A stretch of DNA of 59,332 bases from Pseudobdellovibrionaceae bacterium (GTDB taxonomy: Bacteria > Bdellovibrionota > Bdellovibrionia > Bdellovibrionales > UBA1609), in contig JAYSTF010000131.1 in NCBI GenBank assembly GCA_043720065.1, forward strand, positions 1 through 59,332, written 5' to 3'. The notes under the pieces are model-generated. The model searched no databases and had not been told where the DNA came from. It worked only from the letters and a program-made list of their open reading frames with translations. The position numbers and the translations under genes are program-made. Positions 48,404 through 57,363 of this stretch are shown piece by piece; the first letter of the stretch is position 1; each line of letters begins with the position of its first letter.

Positions 48404-49957
48404 ATGCAGAATGTCGAGATTGTTCCAACAGTTAAGCAGGTTCCTTACTCGACTCCTCTGCAGTTAGTGCAGGTCCGAGAGAAAAAGAAGTTTAACCTTT
48501 CTGAGGATTGGTTTTCAGCCACGCGCGAGAAGATGCGATTCACCGCTTTCGATTCTGGCGCTGCGAATCTTCATCTTGACCGAACCACCGAGCAGGCCGC
48601 GCGTACAGTTCCTCAGCGTCGAGCTTTAGAAATTCACATCACTTGGAAAAATCAAATCTATGACTCCAGACTTTTCTTTCCGGGCGAGACGATCGGCGTC
48701 GGCACCGGACCGGATGATCTTTACGCACCGATTTTTCCTGGCTCATTTGCGATTGGTCGTTTTGACGGACATCATGCCGATTTTTACATCAGCAAAGGCA
48801 CAAACGGCGTCATTTACCGTGGTGGCCACGAAGCATTAAGCATAGATAAGCTAGTTAGCGCCAATGGATTGCCACGGCGAGGAAAACATCATGTTCTCTC
48901 GCTCAGCGCAAGTGAGCGCTGTGTGATTGATTTAGGGTCTGACTTAAAGCTAACTGCTCGCTACACGGTCGCACCCCGCCAGCTTTCAAAATCCACAGTC
49001 CGTGAGCCCGATCATATGCTTCGCAAAGCGCTCGGCTATTCCGGTACAGTGCACGTTGCTTTCTTATTGATTGCTCTATTTTTGGCGCCGACTCAAGATG
49101 TTCCCAAGATCAAACATCTCTCGCCAAGAATCGCGCGACTTCTCACACAGAAAAAAGTCGAGCTGACGCCCCCGCCGAAACCTCCAGAAGAACTCCAGGC
49201 AAAGCCAATGAAGGCTGTAGAGAAAACTCCGTCACTCCTTAAAAAGAACTTGGCAATTAAACGCCTGGTGCCGCCGAAAAAAGTCGTTGTTCATGTGAAT
49301 GAAAAATTAAAGGCCATCAACAAACCACCTAAGCCGGAACTGCAACGGCTTGGCGCATTGGCTGCACTTGGTGCACTTGGAAATCCAACCGTGAACAATC
49401 CCAAAAACATTCCGATTGCGATTAACGTTAATCCGAATGCTGGCGGGCAGGCTTCGCCAACTACATCGGGAATGATCGGTGCAATTAAAGCACAAGGCGG
49501 AAAACTTCAAGCAGCGGGCATGGCGGGGGTTAAGACAAAAGGGTCAGGGTATGGATCAGGGACTGGCTACGGGGTCCAGGGTCTAAAGGGTCTAGCGGGA
49601 TCTCGCGGTGTTGGCGGCGGAGTGATTGGAAGTCCAAAGCTTATGGAACTTACCCGTAACGAGGGGCTCACGCAAAAACAAGTCATGGACACGGTGAAGC
49701 TGCATATAACAAAGATTCAGCATTGCTACGAAAGAGCGCTTCTCTCTACACCACAGCTCTCTGGTCGAGTGGAGTATGAGTGGGAGATTGCCGCTCGAGG
49801 CGCCGTTAAATGGGCGAAGGTAAAGCGTTCTGATGTTGCTAGTGGCGACGGATTAAACAATTGCGTTACCGATGTGTTCAAAAAAATGAAATTTCCCGTC
49901 GCTAAAAATGGTTTATCGACCACCCCATCGATCGGGTTCCCTTTCGGTCGCCTCTAA
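48404..49957 (+). CDS. GltG/AgmX-like protein with TM, Pro/Gly-rich linker and TonB-like C-terminal domain
   Basis: SxxxH TM (YSGTVH); IQHCYERAL..LSGRV..C..FP. Confidence 0.75.
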   Translation: MQNVEIVPTVKQVPYSTPLQLVQVREKKKFNLSEDWFSATREKMRFTAFDSGAANLHLDRTTEQAARTVPQRRALEIHITWKNQIYDSRLFFPGETIGVGTGPDDLYAPIFPGSFAIGRFDGHHADFYISKGTNGVIYRGGHEALSIDKLVSANGLPRRGKHHVLSLSASERCVIDLGSDLKLTARYTVAPRQLSKSTVREPDHMLRKALGYSGTVHVAFLLIALFLAPTQDVPKIKHLSPRIARLLTQKKVELTPPPKPPEELQAKPMKAVEKTPSLLKKNLAIKRLVPPKKVVVHVNEKLKAINKPPKPELQRLGALAALGALGNPTVNNPKNIPIAINVNPNAGGQASPTTSGMIGAIKAQGGKLQAAGMAGVKTKGSGYGSGTGYGVQGLKGLAGSRGVGGGVIGSPKLMELTRNEGLTQKQVMDTVKLHITKIQHCYERALLSTPQLSGRVEYEWEIAARGAVKWAKVKRSDVASGDGLNNCVTDVFKKMKFPVAKNGLSTTPSIGFPFGRL

Positions 49958-50054
49958 CTGGCTTTTGTCCAGTTTCTTGTTGGAAGGATGGCTCCTCTTG
50001 GTTTTCCCCGGATAGAATAGATAAAGTGTTCGAAAAACCGGGAGATAAAGTTTT

Positions 50055-50699
50055 ATGTTACATAAATTGCTGGAGCATTATAACGAGGGCGGCTTTTTCA
50101 TGCACGTGATCCTTGTTACTTCGCTTATCGGTGCCGCTATCATCGTCGAGCGATTTAAGGTTCTTACCGCCGCTGCAAACATCAAAAAAGACGAGCTCCT
50201 TAATCATATCAACGGCTATATTCTTCAGGGAAATCTAGAGAAGGCGATCGCCGTAACTTCCCAAGTAAAGAATCCCCTAACCAACATCGTTCGCGCAGGA
50301 TTAATGGCTGTTGCAAACAACGGTGGGCCGGAGGAAGTTCAAACCGCCATGGATGCCGTAGCTTTGCGCGAAGTTCCTAAACTTGAGCGCCGCATTGGTC
50401 TCCTGTCGATGCTTTCAAACGTTGCAACTCTTGTCGGCCTGCTTGGAACAGTCGTTGGAATGATCAGTGCGTTTGGTGCCGTTGCAAACGTTTCTCCGTC
50501 GGAAAAAGCGACAATCCTTGCGAACTCGATTTCAGAGGCGATGAATTGTACGGCTTTTGGCCTTTTAGTTGCCATCCCGCTGCTGTTTGCGTTTGGTTTC
50601 TTAATGGCAAAGGCTCAAGAGATCACCGATGACATCCATGAATCGAGTGTTGCCACTTTAAACTTTATTCTCGCTAACAAAGAACGCTTGCGAGGTTAG
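50055..50699 (+). CDS. MotA/TolQ/ExbB proton channel (AglR-like)
   Basis: GLLGTVVGMI, ISEAMNCTAFGL. Confidence 0.9.
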   Translation: MLHKLLEHYNEGGFFMHVILVTSLIGAAIIVERFKVLTAAANIKKDELLNHINGYILQGNLEKAIAVTSQVKNPLTNIVRAGLMAVANNGGPEEVQTAMDAVALREVPKLERRIGLLSMLSNVATLVGLLGTVVGMISAFGAVANVSPSEKATILANSISEAMNCTAFGLLVAIPLLFAFGFLMAKAQEITDDIHESSVATLNFILANKERLRG

Positions 50700-51128
50700 A
50701 TGTCAGCAGGTGGTGGTAAGTACGAATTAAATCTAACGCCCTATATCGATCTTATGAGCACGCTCATCGTGTTTCTTTTGATGACGGCGGTGTGGAATCA
50801 GATTGCAGTTCTATCTACAGACGGAAGCGCCACCTCCGCTTCAGACACCGCAACTGACGCAAAAAATAAGATCCATCTCGCCGTCACGATTATGCCCGCA
50901 TATACGGAACTAGCTGAGAATCAGACGTTTACGCGCATCCCTCATGTCGAAGGCAAAGTCGATCGCACTCGATTTGGCGAAGTGTTAAAGCAATGGAAAA
51001 TCAAATACCCCACCCGCACCGATGTGGTTTTGAATACTGAAAACTCAGTAACCTATCGAATGCTAATCAGTGCATTCGATGAATTAGTTGGCCAAGATTT
51101 TCCTGACGTCGGTGTGAGTACACAGTAA
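50700..51128 (+). CDS. ExbD/TolR-family protein (AglQ-like)
   Basis: LNLTPYIDLMSTLIVFLL. Confidence 0.85.
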   Translation: MSAGGGKYELNLTPYIDLMSTLIVFLLMTAVWNQIAVLSTDGSATSASDTATDAKNKIHLAVTIMPAYTELAENQTFTRIPHVEGKVDRTRFGEVLKQWKIKYPTRTDVVLNTENSVTYRMLISAFDELVGQDFPDVGVSTQ

Positions 51129-51691
51129 TGCGAATCAAATATAAAACACTTATCGAAACCCCTGGATATCACGTAAAGCCAAAGTATGATTTACCACATC
51201 TGCGCAAACGCCGCGAATCCACAAGCAGGCGCTCGCTTGATTTTGGTTTATCACTTACTGCAATGATCGATATGTTTTCTACCTTAGTGATCTTCTTGCT
51301 GTTGAATTTCTCCGCTACCGGCGAAGCTTATTTCGTAAGTAAGAATGTCATTATCCCTGCAGCCGTAAATCCCCGGCCGATCGATACAGCACCTCTGATT
51401 TCAATCACGAAAACCGCTATCACCCTTGACGCGATTGAAGTGGGCAAAAATCCAATCAATCTGACAGACGAAGACCTTGCAATGCCCCAGCTTGTAGAAG
51501 GCCTTCGGAGGCTAAAGGTGCTTCAGCAAAACCTGATTGATGCTGGTCTTAAACCAAAGCCCGAGATCAACATCCAAGCCGATCAAGACACACCCGTCAG
51601 CCGCATTAAAAGAGTGATGAATGTCTTAGTTCAAGAAGGCTTTACAGGAATCAACTTCGCCGTCCGCGAAGTGAATGAAGGCGATATTTAG
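51128..51691 (+). CDS. ExbD/TolR-family protein (AglS-like)
   Basis: LTAMIDMFSTLVIFLL, IQAD. Confidence 0.85.
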   Translation: MRIKYKTLIETPGYHVKPKYDLPHLRKRRESTSRRSLDFGLSLTAMIDMFSTLVIFLLLNFSATGEAYFVSKNVIIPAAVNPRPIDTAPLISITKTAITLDAIEVGKNPINLTDEDLAMPQLVEGLRRLKVLQQNLIDAGLKPKPEINIQADQDTPVSRIKRVMNVLVQEGFTGINFAVREVNEGDI

Positions 51692-51762
51692 GGCGGGTCG
51701 ATCCGTGTAACCGGCCGCGCCCCACACGTTTGCTCCGCTGCCGACAGCTGAGCCACAGCATC

Positions 51763-52658
51763 TCAAGACAGCGGCAGGCTTAACTGGTGAATCAAATCAT
51801 GATGAAAACCACAAAGCGTCATGAGGTTTTCAACCTCATTGCTGCCCCCTTTGCCAACAGGTTGGATATGATGAAGTTCAATCCATCGAGATCATTCGCA
51901 CAGCGATCGCCATCTTCATTAGTATGAGTGCATCGACCTCGACCTCGATCTCGCACATGAACTTGATGCTTGGTGCGGGCGAGAAGCGGCGCTCGCTTCG
52001 ATCCGGACTGAACTCTGCGCACGCAGAGCTTTTTTGCTTTCGGCTTCTTGGCGAGGGCTCTTTCAGCCTTTCTCACAGGATCATGCCGGCTCAAGTAATC
52101 GTCGAGTACTTCAGATAGAACTTTGTCTAGACTAAATTGGCCCTTGGCCGCCAAGAGTGACTTTACCCTTTCAAGTTTTTCGTGAGTGTCTTTTGTGATT
52201 CCGCACTCAAGCTGAACGAGATCTTCCCCCATAAATTTAATTTTATCTGAAACGGCAGCTCTTGGTTGAAGGCGCGCCACTTCAATTTCAGTCTGCCGGG
52301 TGGTGTGCGTCTCTGCAAATTTAACTAGATCGCGCGCATTCTCCTTAGTAATCGCGGCCACAATTCGACTAGCCTTAGCAACAGTGATTTTTTGTTCAAT
52401 GACAGCGATTTTTAACTCCTGGATTTCACGACTCTTGCGAGCTACAGAGATAAATGCGTAAGCATTGGCTTCACTTAGTCCCAGGGCGCCAACCGCATAA
52501 GCAAATAGACTGGCATATCCAAGTCGTTTAAAAAACTTTAGCTGATCAATTTCGCCTAAGATTAAGATAAGTTCGCCCTCGAGGCGACGGAATTCCCGAC
52601 TTAACCCGATTGCACGCTCATGAAGCTCGAGCTGGTTTTTATCTAGTACTGATGACAT
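51763..52658 (-). pseudogene. HNH endonuclease copy 2, frameshifted by a 2-bp insertion (about 51889-51890)
   Basis: Removing 2 nt restores RWIELHHIQPVGKGGSNEVENLMTLCGFHHDLIHQ, stop at 51763-51765. Confidence 0.8.
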
Positions 52659-52766
52659 TAGATTCCTCCCTCATGGATTTGAGAGAAACCTACCACATCT
52701 TTTTAAGAATGATTTTTCAAGGCCCCTCAAACGTGACTTTGCGGGGCTCGCTGTTAAGCCTAAACG

Positions 52767-52877
52767 CTAGTGTAACTGGCAATTCCAAAGCAGAATCACT
52801 TTCAAAAGAAAATTCGAAATTAAACTGAATAATAACAAGATTAGAATGTGCGAAAGTCCGTCAACAAACTTATTCAC
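52767..52877 (-). CDS. Candidate 36-aa hydrophobic upstream ORF, copy 2
   Basis: VNKFVDGLSHILILLLFSLISNFLLKVILLWNCQLH; no indels versus copy 1. Confidence 0.3.
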   Translation of the reverse strand: MNKFVDGLSHILILLLFSLISNFLLKVILLWNCQLH

Positions 52878-52998
52878 AAGAAAAACATTTCTGAAGACGA
52901 AGGTAGAGGGTAAAGGTTCAAACACCGCCAAAGCTACAATAAATTGCTAGAAACAGGACGCGGCTTACCCGCCGGCAGCCCTAGCGACATCCCGGGTG

Positions 52999-53247
52999 TT
53001 ACTTTGTGTCTTCCGCTTCGTAGCGAATTTGTGGCTCTGGGCGCATTAGCCCTTGGATAATTTCTGCTCGGTAGCTGGTGCGATACTTGACGTAATTCTT
53101 CAAACGATTCTTGTCTCGCGCGATCATTCGTAAACGATCATCGCCGTGAAGCTCACCTTTAATATTGATGTCATCGAGATCCATTTTTTGTTGCGCGAGC
53201 GAGCCCACCGGAGTCAGAAGCAAAACTAATAATAAACCTAACTTCAC
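52999..53247 (-). CDS. Small secreted protein, GltF/CglF-like
   Basis: Signal peptide; MDLDDINIKGEL...RTSYRAEI resembles CglF DFxDxxIEGEL...RxxFxxE. Confidence 0.55.
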   Translation of the reverse strand: MKLGLLLVLLLTPVGSLAQQKMDLDDINIKGELHGDDRLRMIARDKNRLKNYVKYRTSYRAEIIQGLMRPEPQIRYEAEDTK

Positions 53248-54857
53248 TTCTTCCCTTTCCGCTTAGCAAAAACATACGACTTAAACTTTGTGTCGTCAAA
53301 AGCAAGTGCCACTCCGGTCTTGATCTTGCGTTGAGTGGCCTCGTTATTCAAAAGCTTTTGCACCGAATAACGAAGAATGCCATCGCCTTTTGGATCACTT
53401 TGCCTCGTCTGCACATAATGAACGTACACGGCGTTCTCTTGTGCCTTATGCTCTAGGCCCGGGAGGGTGTCACCTTCCTTAACTTCCAATGAATTATACA
53501 AAGGCAACACAGATTGTGAATACTTAAAACAATCTTTCCCCTCGCCCAACACAGGTGTTAAATCCACATCTTGTGCAGGCTGATTAGGATCACGTACAAG
53601 AGGATTTCGGTGTTGACCAATTTGGCGTCTGGCCGATTCTTCGCCATCAAAATTCTCTTGCAGATTAAATGAATCCATCGCGAATGCCATCGACCGCGCC
53701 ATGTAAACAAAAGTCTCGATGCCATCTATAATTCCGTCTCTGTCGGTATCCGGGTTTTTAGGGTCACCGTTATTAGGTATACCTTCGGTTGGCCGATCGT
53801 TACGGATATATTTTTCCTCGCAAGCGGTCAGCAAGTCATGGTCTTCGTCGGTGCGATCTAAACATGCCGGCAGAGACTCACGGTACTTCGCCTCGCGCCA
53901 ATGAAAGTAATCGCCATAACCGTCATTGAAGCTAAACCGCTTTGCAGGATTAAATCTATAACGAGCTTCATCTTTGTCGCACATTCCGTCAGTGTCGGAA
54001 TCAACGTCGATCGAGCCATCCTCGCAGTATCCCGCATTTAAATTATAGACGACTAACTCATACTTTAGCTGCCATGGCTCGAACGTCGGTTTAACAATTA
54101 GGTCGTTAAAGTCCCAATTCGCAGAAGCTTCAAAGTTTATAAATTTCCCGTTTCCTAAGCGCGCCATCCGCTCTAGCCGCTCGATCGCACCCTCGCCGTT
54201 ATTGCCGTAATAAGCAGTTGATAGTGCGATGTTCTTCGGGTCGATCGTAATCAATGATCTGACCAGGTCATTGAGCTCGCTTTCGCGGGCTATGTCTGTC
54301 GGCTCGCCATCGGACACGAAAAAGAGCATATAGAATGGCTCTTCCTCCGGATAAAGCTCCTGGTCATGTTCTATTGCCGTTCTTGCTAACTGAAGAGCCG
54401 CCTTATATGGCGTCGCCCCGCCATCTTGATCCCGCAGCTTATTTGTCGCATTTAGCGCCTTGCTGATCTCCGGTGTGAACGTTGGGATCTTATCGTCGCC
54501 GTCGTTTATATAAGCACCAGCCTCATCGTCGGCGAACCAAATCATGCCGTATTGTTGATTTGTGGCCTGCATATTGGCTCTGAGAAAGCGCTCAATGTTA
54601 CCTGCTCGCTTGTCGGCATTACGATCTGTCCCTGAATTACTTCCTGATTTATCGATGATAAATAGAAATTTAAGCCAGCGCTTAACTTCTTCAGGCTCCG
54701 TCACGCAGAGCTCACCCTTGCCGGTAACAATAGGAGGCCCACTTAAACGTTTCTGCAAACGCACATCGGAGCAAGCTGGCTGAAATAAAAAAATAAGAGC
54801 TAGACCAAATGCCTGTAAACGATATGCGCGTTTTTTTAAATGGTTAAACCAACTCAT
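53244..54857 (-). CDS. VWA-domain lipoprotein with DxDxDG Ca-binding repeats (CglB/MtsD-like adhesin)
   Basis: PAC lipobox; MIDAS DKSGS..T..SDGEP; DSDTDG, DTDRDG. Confidence 0.75.
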   Translation of the reverse strand: MSWFNHLKKRAYRLQAFGLALIFLFQPACSDVRLQKRLSGPPIVTGKGELCVTEPEEVKRWLKFLFIIDKSGSNSGTDRNADKRAGNIERFLRANMQATNQQYGMIWFADDEAGAYINDGDDKIPTFTPEISKALNATNKLRDQDGGATPYKAALQLARTAIEHDQELYPEEEPFYMLFFVSDGEPTDIARESELNDLVRSLITIDPKNIALSTAYYGNNGEGAIERLERMARLGNGKFINFEASANWDFNDLIVKPTFEPWQLKYELVVYNLNAGYCEDGSIDVDSDTDGMCDKDEARYRFNPAKRFSFNDGYGDYFHWREAKYRESLPACLDRTDEDHDLLTACEEKYIRNDRPTEGIPNNGDPKNPDTDRDGIIDGIETFVYMARSMAFAMDSFNLQENFDGEESARRQIGQHRNPLVRDPNQPAQDVDLTPVLGEGKDCFKYSQSVLPLYNSLEVKEGDTLPGLEHKAQENAVYVHYVQTRQSDPKGDGILRYSVQKLLNNEATQRKIKTGVALAFDDTKFKSYVFAKRKGKK

Positions 54858-54885
54858 TTGATTTCAGTCCCCCGGAGTTTAACAA

Positions 54886-54901
54886 AGCAAGCACGGGACC
54901 A
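54886..54901 (-). promoter_or_regulatory. Putative sigma54 promoter
   Basis: Minus strand TGG-TCCCGTGCTT-GCT. Confidence 0.55.
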
Positions 54902-55008
54902 CGGACTTTCGTCGGGCGCGATTAGCGAGAGTGAACCTACCGACATTTGAAGACTTGAAGGTTGAGACTCAATGTCTACGAAAGGCTGGGTGACAAGTGT
55001 TTCGCCAG

Positions 55009-55042
55009 AAAAAAGGAAAGCCGGCCTGGGTTAGGGGCCGGC
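55009..55042 (-). terminator. Intrinsic terminator of 55081..55383
   Basis: Minus strand GCCGGCC..GGCCGGC followed by TTTCCTTTTTT. Confidence 0.65.
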
Positions 55043-55080
55043 GTGGGTATGGGGGGGGTTGGGTTATGGGACTTTGTAAA

Positions 55081-55383
55081 CTAGTTCTGTTCAGCTTCCG
55101 AAATGCTATCGAAGCGGCGGTCCACCATCTTAGGTGTCTCACCCCATCCGATTTCGACGTCGACGAAATCCGTCACGCGTCTTGAATCTGCATCCTTTAT
55201 CAGTGCTGTGGGTCGCTTTTGCGCAATATTCTCGTTCACTCCGTTAGCCAAGGATGTACGTTCAGAATACGTGTCATCGATCATTGATCGAAAATCAGCT
55301 TTCAGAGGAGCTTTATGCCCTAGGTCTGCATAGGCATTCACTGATAGTAAGGCTGCCACTATAAGTACTAATTTGGTTTTCAT
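55081..55383 (-). CDS. Small secreted hypothetical protein
   Basis: SD GAGGAG, signal peptide AYA-D. Confidence 0.75.
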   Translation of the reverse strand: MKTKLVLIVAALLSVNAYADLGHKAPLKADFRSMIDDTYSERTSLANGVNENIAQKRPTALIKDADSRRVTDFVDVEIGWGETPKMVDRRFDSISEAEQN

Positions 55384-55421
55384 GGCTTTGCGTTCTCCTC
55401 GTTAATCTTACTTGTCTATAA

Positions 55422-55438
55422 AGCAACGTTGGTACCAA
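55422..55438 (-). promoter_or_regulatory. Putative sigma54 promoter
   Basis: Minus strand TTGG-TACCAACGTT-GCT. Confidence 0.6.
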
Positions 55439-55486
55439 GTTGGTGCGTCCTGTTTTCAAGCACTTATAACTTTTGCCTGGCGAAGT

Positions 55487-55594
55487 AATTGTCACCCCTT
55501 AGTGACAATTTGCCAGGTGTCTAACTTTTCGCAAAATGTCTGAAAGTTCGATCCTTTTTGAGAGCCTTTGAGCTGTCTCATTTTGAGACAGCTC
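55487..55594. promoter_or_regulatory. Two palindromic binding-site candidates
   Basis: AATTGTCAC-N6-GTGACAATT (55487-55510) and GAGCTGTCTCA-TTT-TGAGACAGCTC (55570-55594). Confidence 0.55.
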
Positions 55595-55645
55595 GAGCGG
55601 CGAACTCTATGGTGTTTCCCTTAGTCCTCTGGTAATTTATCGACT

Positions 55646-56398
55646 ATGTCTAAATCCACCTTCCTTCTAGCCGCACTTTGCATTTCCTTAAGTCACAGTT
55701 TAAGTGCCCAGGTTGCGGGCCACGGCCAACTCATGGAGATTTTGGATCCCCAAGCCGTCCGCTCCTGCGAGACCTCACTGATATCAACCACTACCCAAGT
55801 GGCGTTGCCATCAATTGCATTGCAGGAAATGGTAAGGATTTTAAGACATCATGGCGCTAACTATCCACTAGGCTTGAGCAGCCAAGGTCCGACGGAAAAT
55901 CCAGTGTTGTTGCCTAAAGACGCGATTGGATTTATGCGTCGATTCTATAAGGCCGCAACGAAGCAGCCGGTTTCCACGACCCGATTTCACTTTGAACTAG
56001 AGGCCACCTATCTTGCTTCCGCTGCTGGCGGCCGACATATTTTCGAATATCGCGCTTCGCCAGATATGCGCGCCTTGGTTCTACTGACTACGACTAGCGG
56101 TGCGGGTGCAGGGGACGTTCGCATGATGCTCGTCTTTCACGAGTTAAGTACGGGCATGCGTCTCGAGTTTGAGCAGATATTCCGCGGCCGGGGCAGTTAC
56201 ACGAAAATCGGTAAGGAAAAATCAAATCCGGTTGAAGACACTGGAGTAGCATACGTTTTTGGCGGGAATACGCAGACGACTTATTTAGGCAAAGATCGAG
56301 AGAATAAGCTTACGGGAACTTCTGCCAATATTGACGTGAGCGATCACTTTCCAAATAAACCGATCAAACTTACGTTCAAATTCTACGCGGCCAATTAA
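55646..56398 (+). CDS. Secreted hypothetical protein
   Basis: Signal peptide SLSA-Q; SCETSL motif shortly after cleavage site. Confidence 0.7.
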   Translation: MSKSTFLLAALCISLSHSLSAQVAGHGQLMEILDPQAVRSCETSLISTTTQVALPSIALQEMVRILRHHGANYPLGLSSQGPTENPVLLPKDAIGFMRRFYKAATKQPVSTTRFHFELEATYLASAAGGRHIFEYRASPDMRALVLLTTTSGAGAGDVRMMLVFHELSTGMRLEFEQIFRGRGSYTKIGKEKSNPVEDTGVAYVFGGNTQTTYLGKDRENKLTGTSANIDVSDHFPNKPIKLTFKFYAAN

Positions 56399-57291
56399 TA
56401 TTGGTAGGCAAGTGCAAGGAAACTCTCCACATACAACGTTATGGGCTTAGTTGAAATTATTGTTCCGACCCGCACATCGGGGACGAAATAAACCGCTTTC
56501 ATTACGGGAAGAGCTATATCCGCCCCGACCCCACCAAATATTATGGCGAAGAAGGGTTTTTCATCCGTTTCAGTTGGGACCACAACGCCATCCAAAGTGA
56601 TGGACACTTTGTTCCCCATGGCGGCCTCGCCACCGACTCCCCACCACCAATTCGAATTTGGCTTCCGGTAATTCTTAAATAAGAGCCCGACTCCCGTGAG
56701 TGACTGTTTCCTTTCGCCTTTCGCGCTCGCAGGCGACGGCCCGAGCGGATTTTTTTCTGTCACGGTTCCTTTGAACGCCGTTTCGCGAAAGCTTATGTAG
56801 GTGCGCAGTCCCCATTTAGGGCTCACTGGCATATCTAGAAAAAGCGAGAAAAACACACCAAAGGACTCAAACGTCGATGTCTCGTAAGCTGATTGGTCGC
56901 TAAGCTGAAACGTGGACTCCCCTTGCCTAAGGTAGGATGTCACCATGGCTAGGCCTAAGTTGTAGGTCGCTTTGTATGGCCTGGAGATTTTTGGATCTTC
57001 ATTTCGCGATCGTACCTGGCTCTTCAGAATTAGCCGCCCAGGGATATAACCTGGAGTGAGCTTGCCCTCATAGGTGACCAGCACTTTGCGGAAAGATTTA
57101 TAAAACTTTGCCGATACTACGACATTATCGCCCTTTGAAAGCTTCGATATCTTCGCCGATTTTTCAGTTGCTTGAGCATAGACCGGCAGATCCTCATGAA
57201 CATGAAGATCAAAAATTTCCTTCGGCCTTCCATGAGCCAGCAAGCTGAAGAATGTTATTGGAATAAGGATCGTCTGAAGCCAAACCGTCAC
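56395..57291 (-). CDS. SH3b-like domain plus outer-membrane beta-barrel
   Basis: VYAQAT..KISKLSKGD..GYI; C-terminal LALAYQY beta-signal-like. Confidence 0.6.
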   Translation of the reverse strand: MTVWLQTILIPITFFSLLAHGRPKEIFDLHVHEDLPVYAQATEKSAKISKLSKGDNVVVSAKFYKSFRKVLVTYEGKLTPGYIPGRLILKSQVRSRNEDPKISRPYKATYNLGLAMVTSYLRQGESTFQLSDQSAYETSTFESFGVFFSLFLDMPVSPKWGLRTYISFRETAFKGTVTEKNPLGPSPASAKGERKQSLTGVGLLFKNYRKPNSNWWWGVGGEAAMGNKVSITLDGVVVPTETDEKPFFAIIFGGVGADIALPVMKAVYFVPDVRVGTIISTKPITLYVESFLALAYQY

Positions 57292-57363
57292 TTCCTAAAA
57301 TTCTATCACCCCCAACCAAAAACATTGACCCGGTGACGCATTCAGTCGTAGGATCCGGTCCCT

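Larger units (their letters stand above)
51693..52890 (-). mobile_element. Dispersed HNH repeat element, copy 2
   Basis: Colinear with 2819-3915; 21-mer at 51725-51745; begins 2 bp after the stop of the AglS-like gene. Confidence 0.6.

Noticed and set aside
52610-52828. Plus-strand 72-aa ORF over the HNH leader
   Set aside because: Equivalent frame in copy 1 stops earlier and differences are mostly non-synonymous
42353-52890. Integrative element or prophage bounded by the recombinase
   Set aside because: No att repeats, phage or conjugation genes; downstream genes look like core envelope machinery
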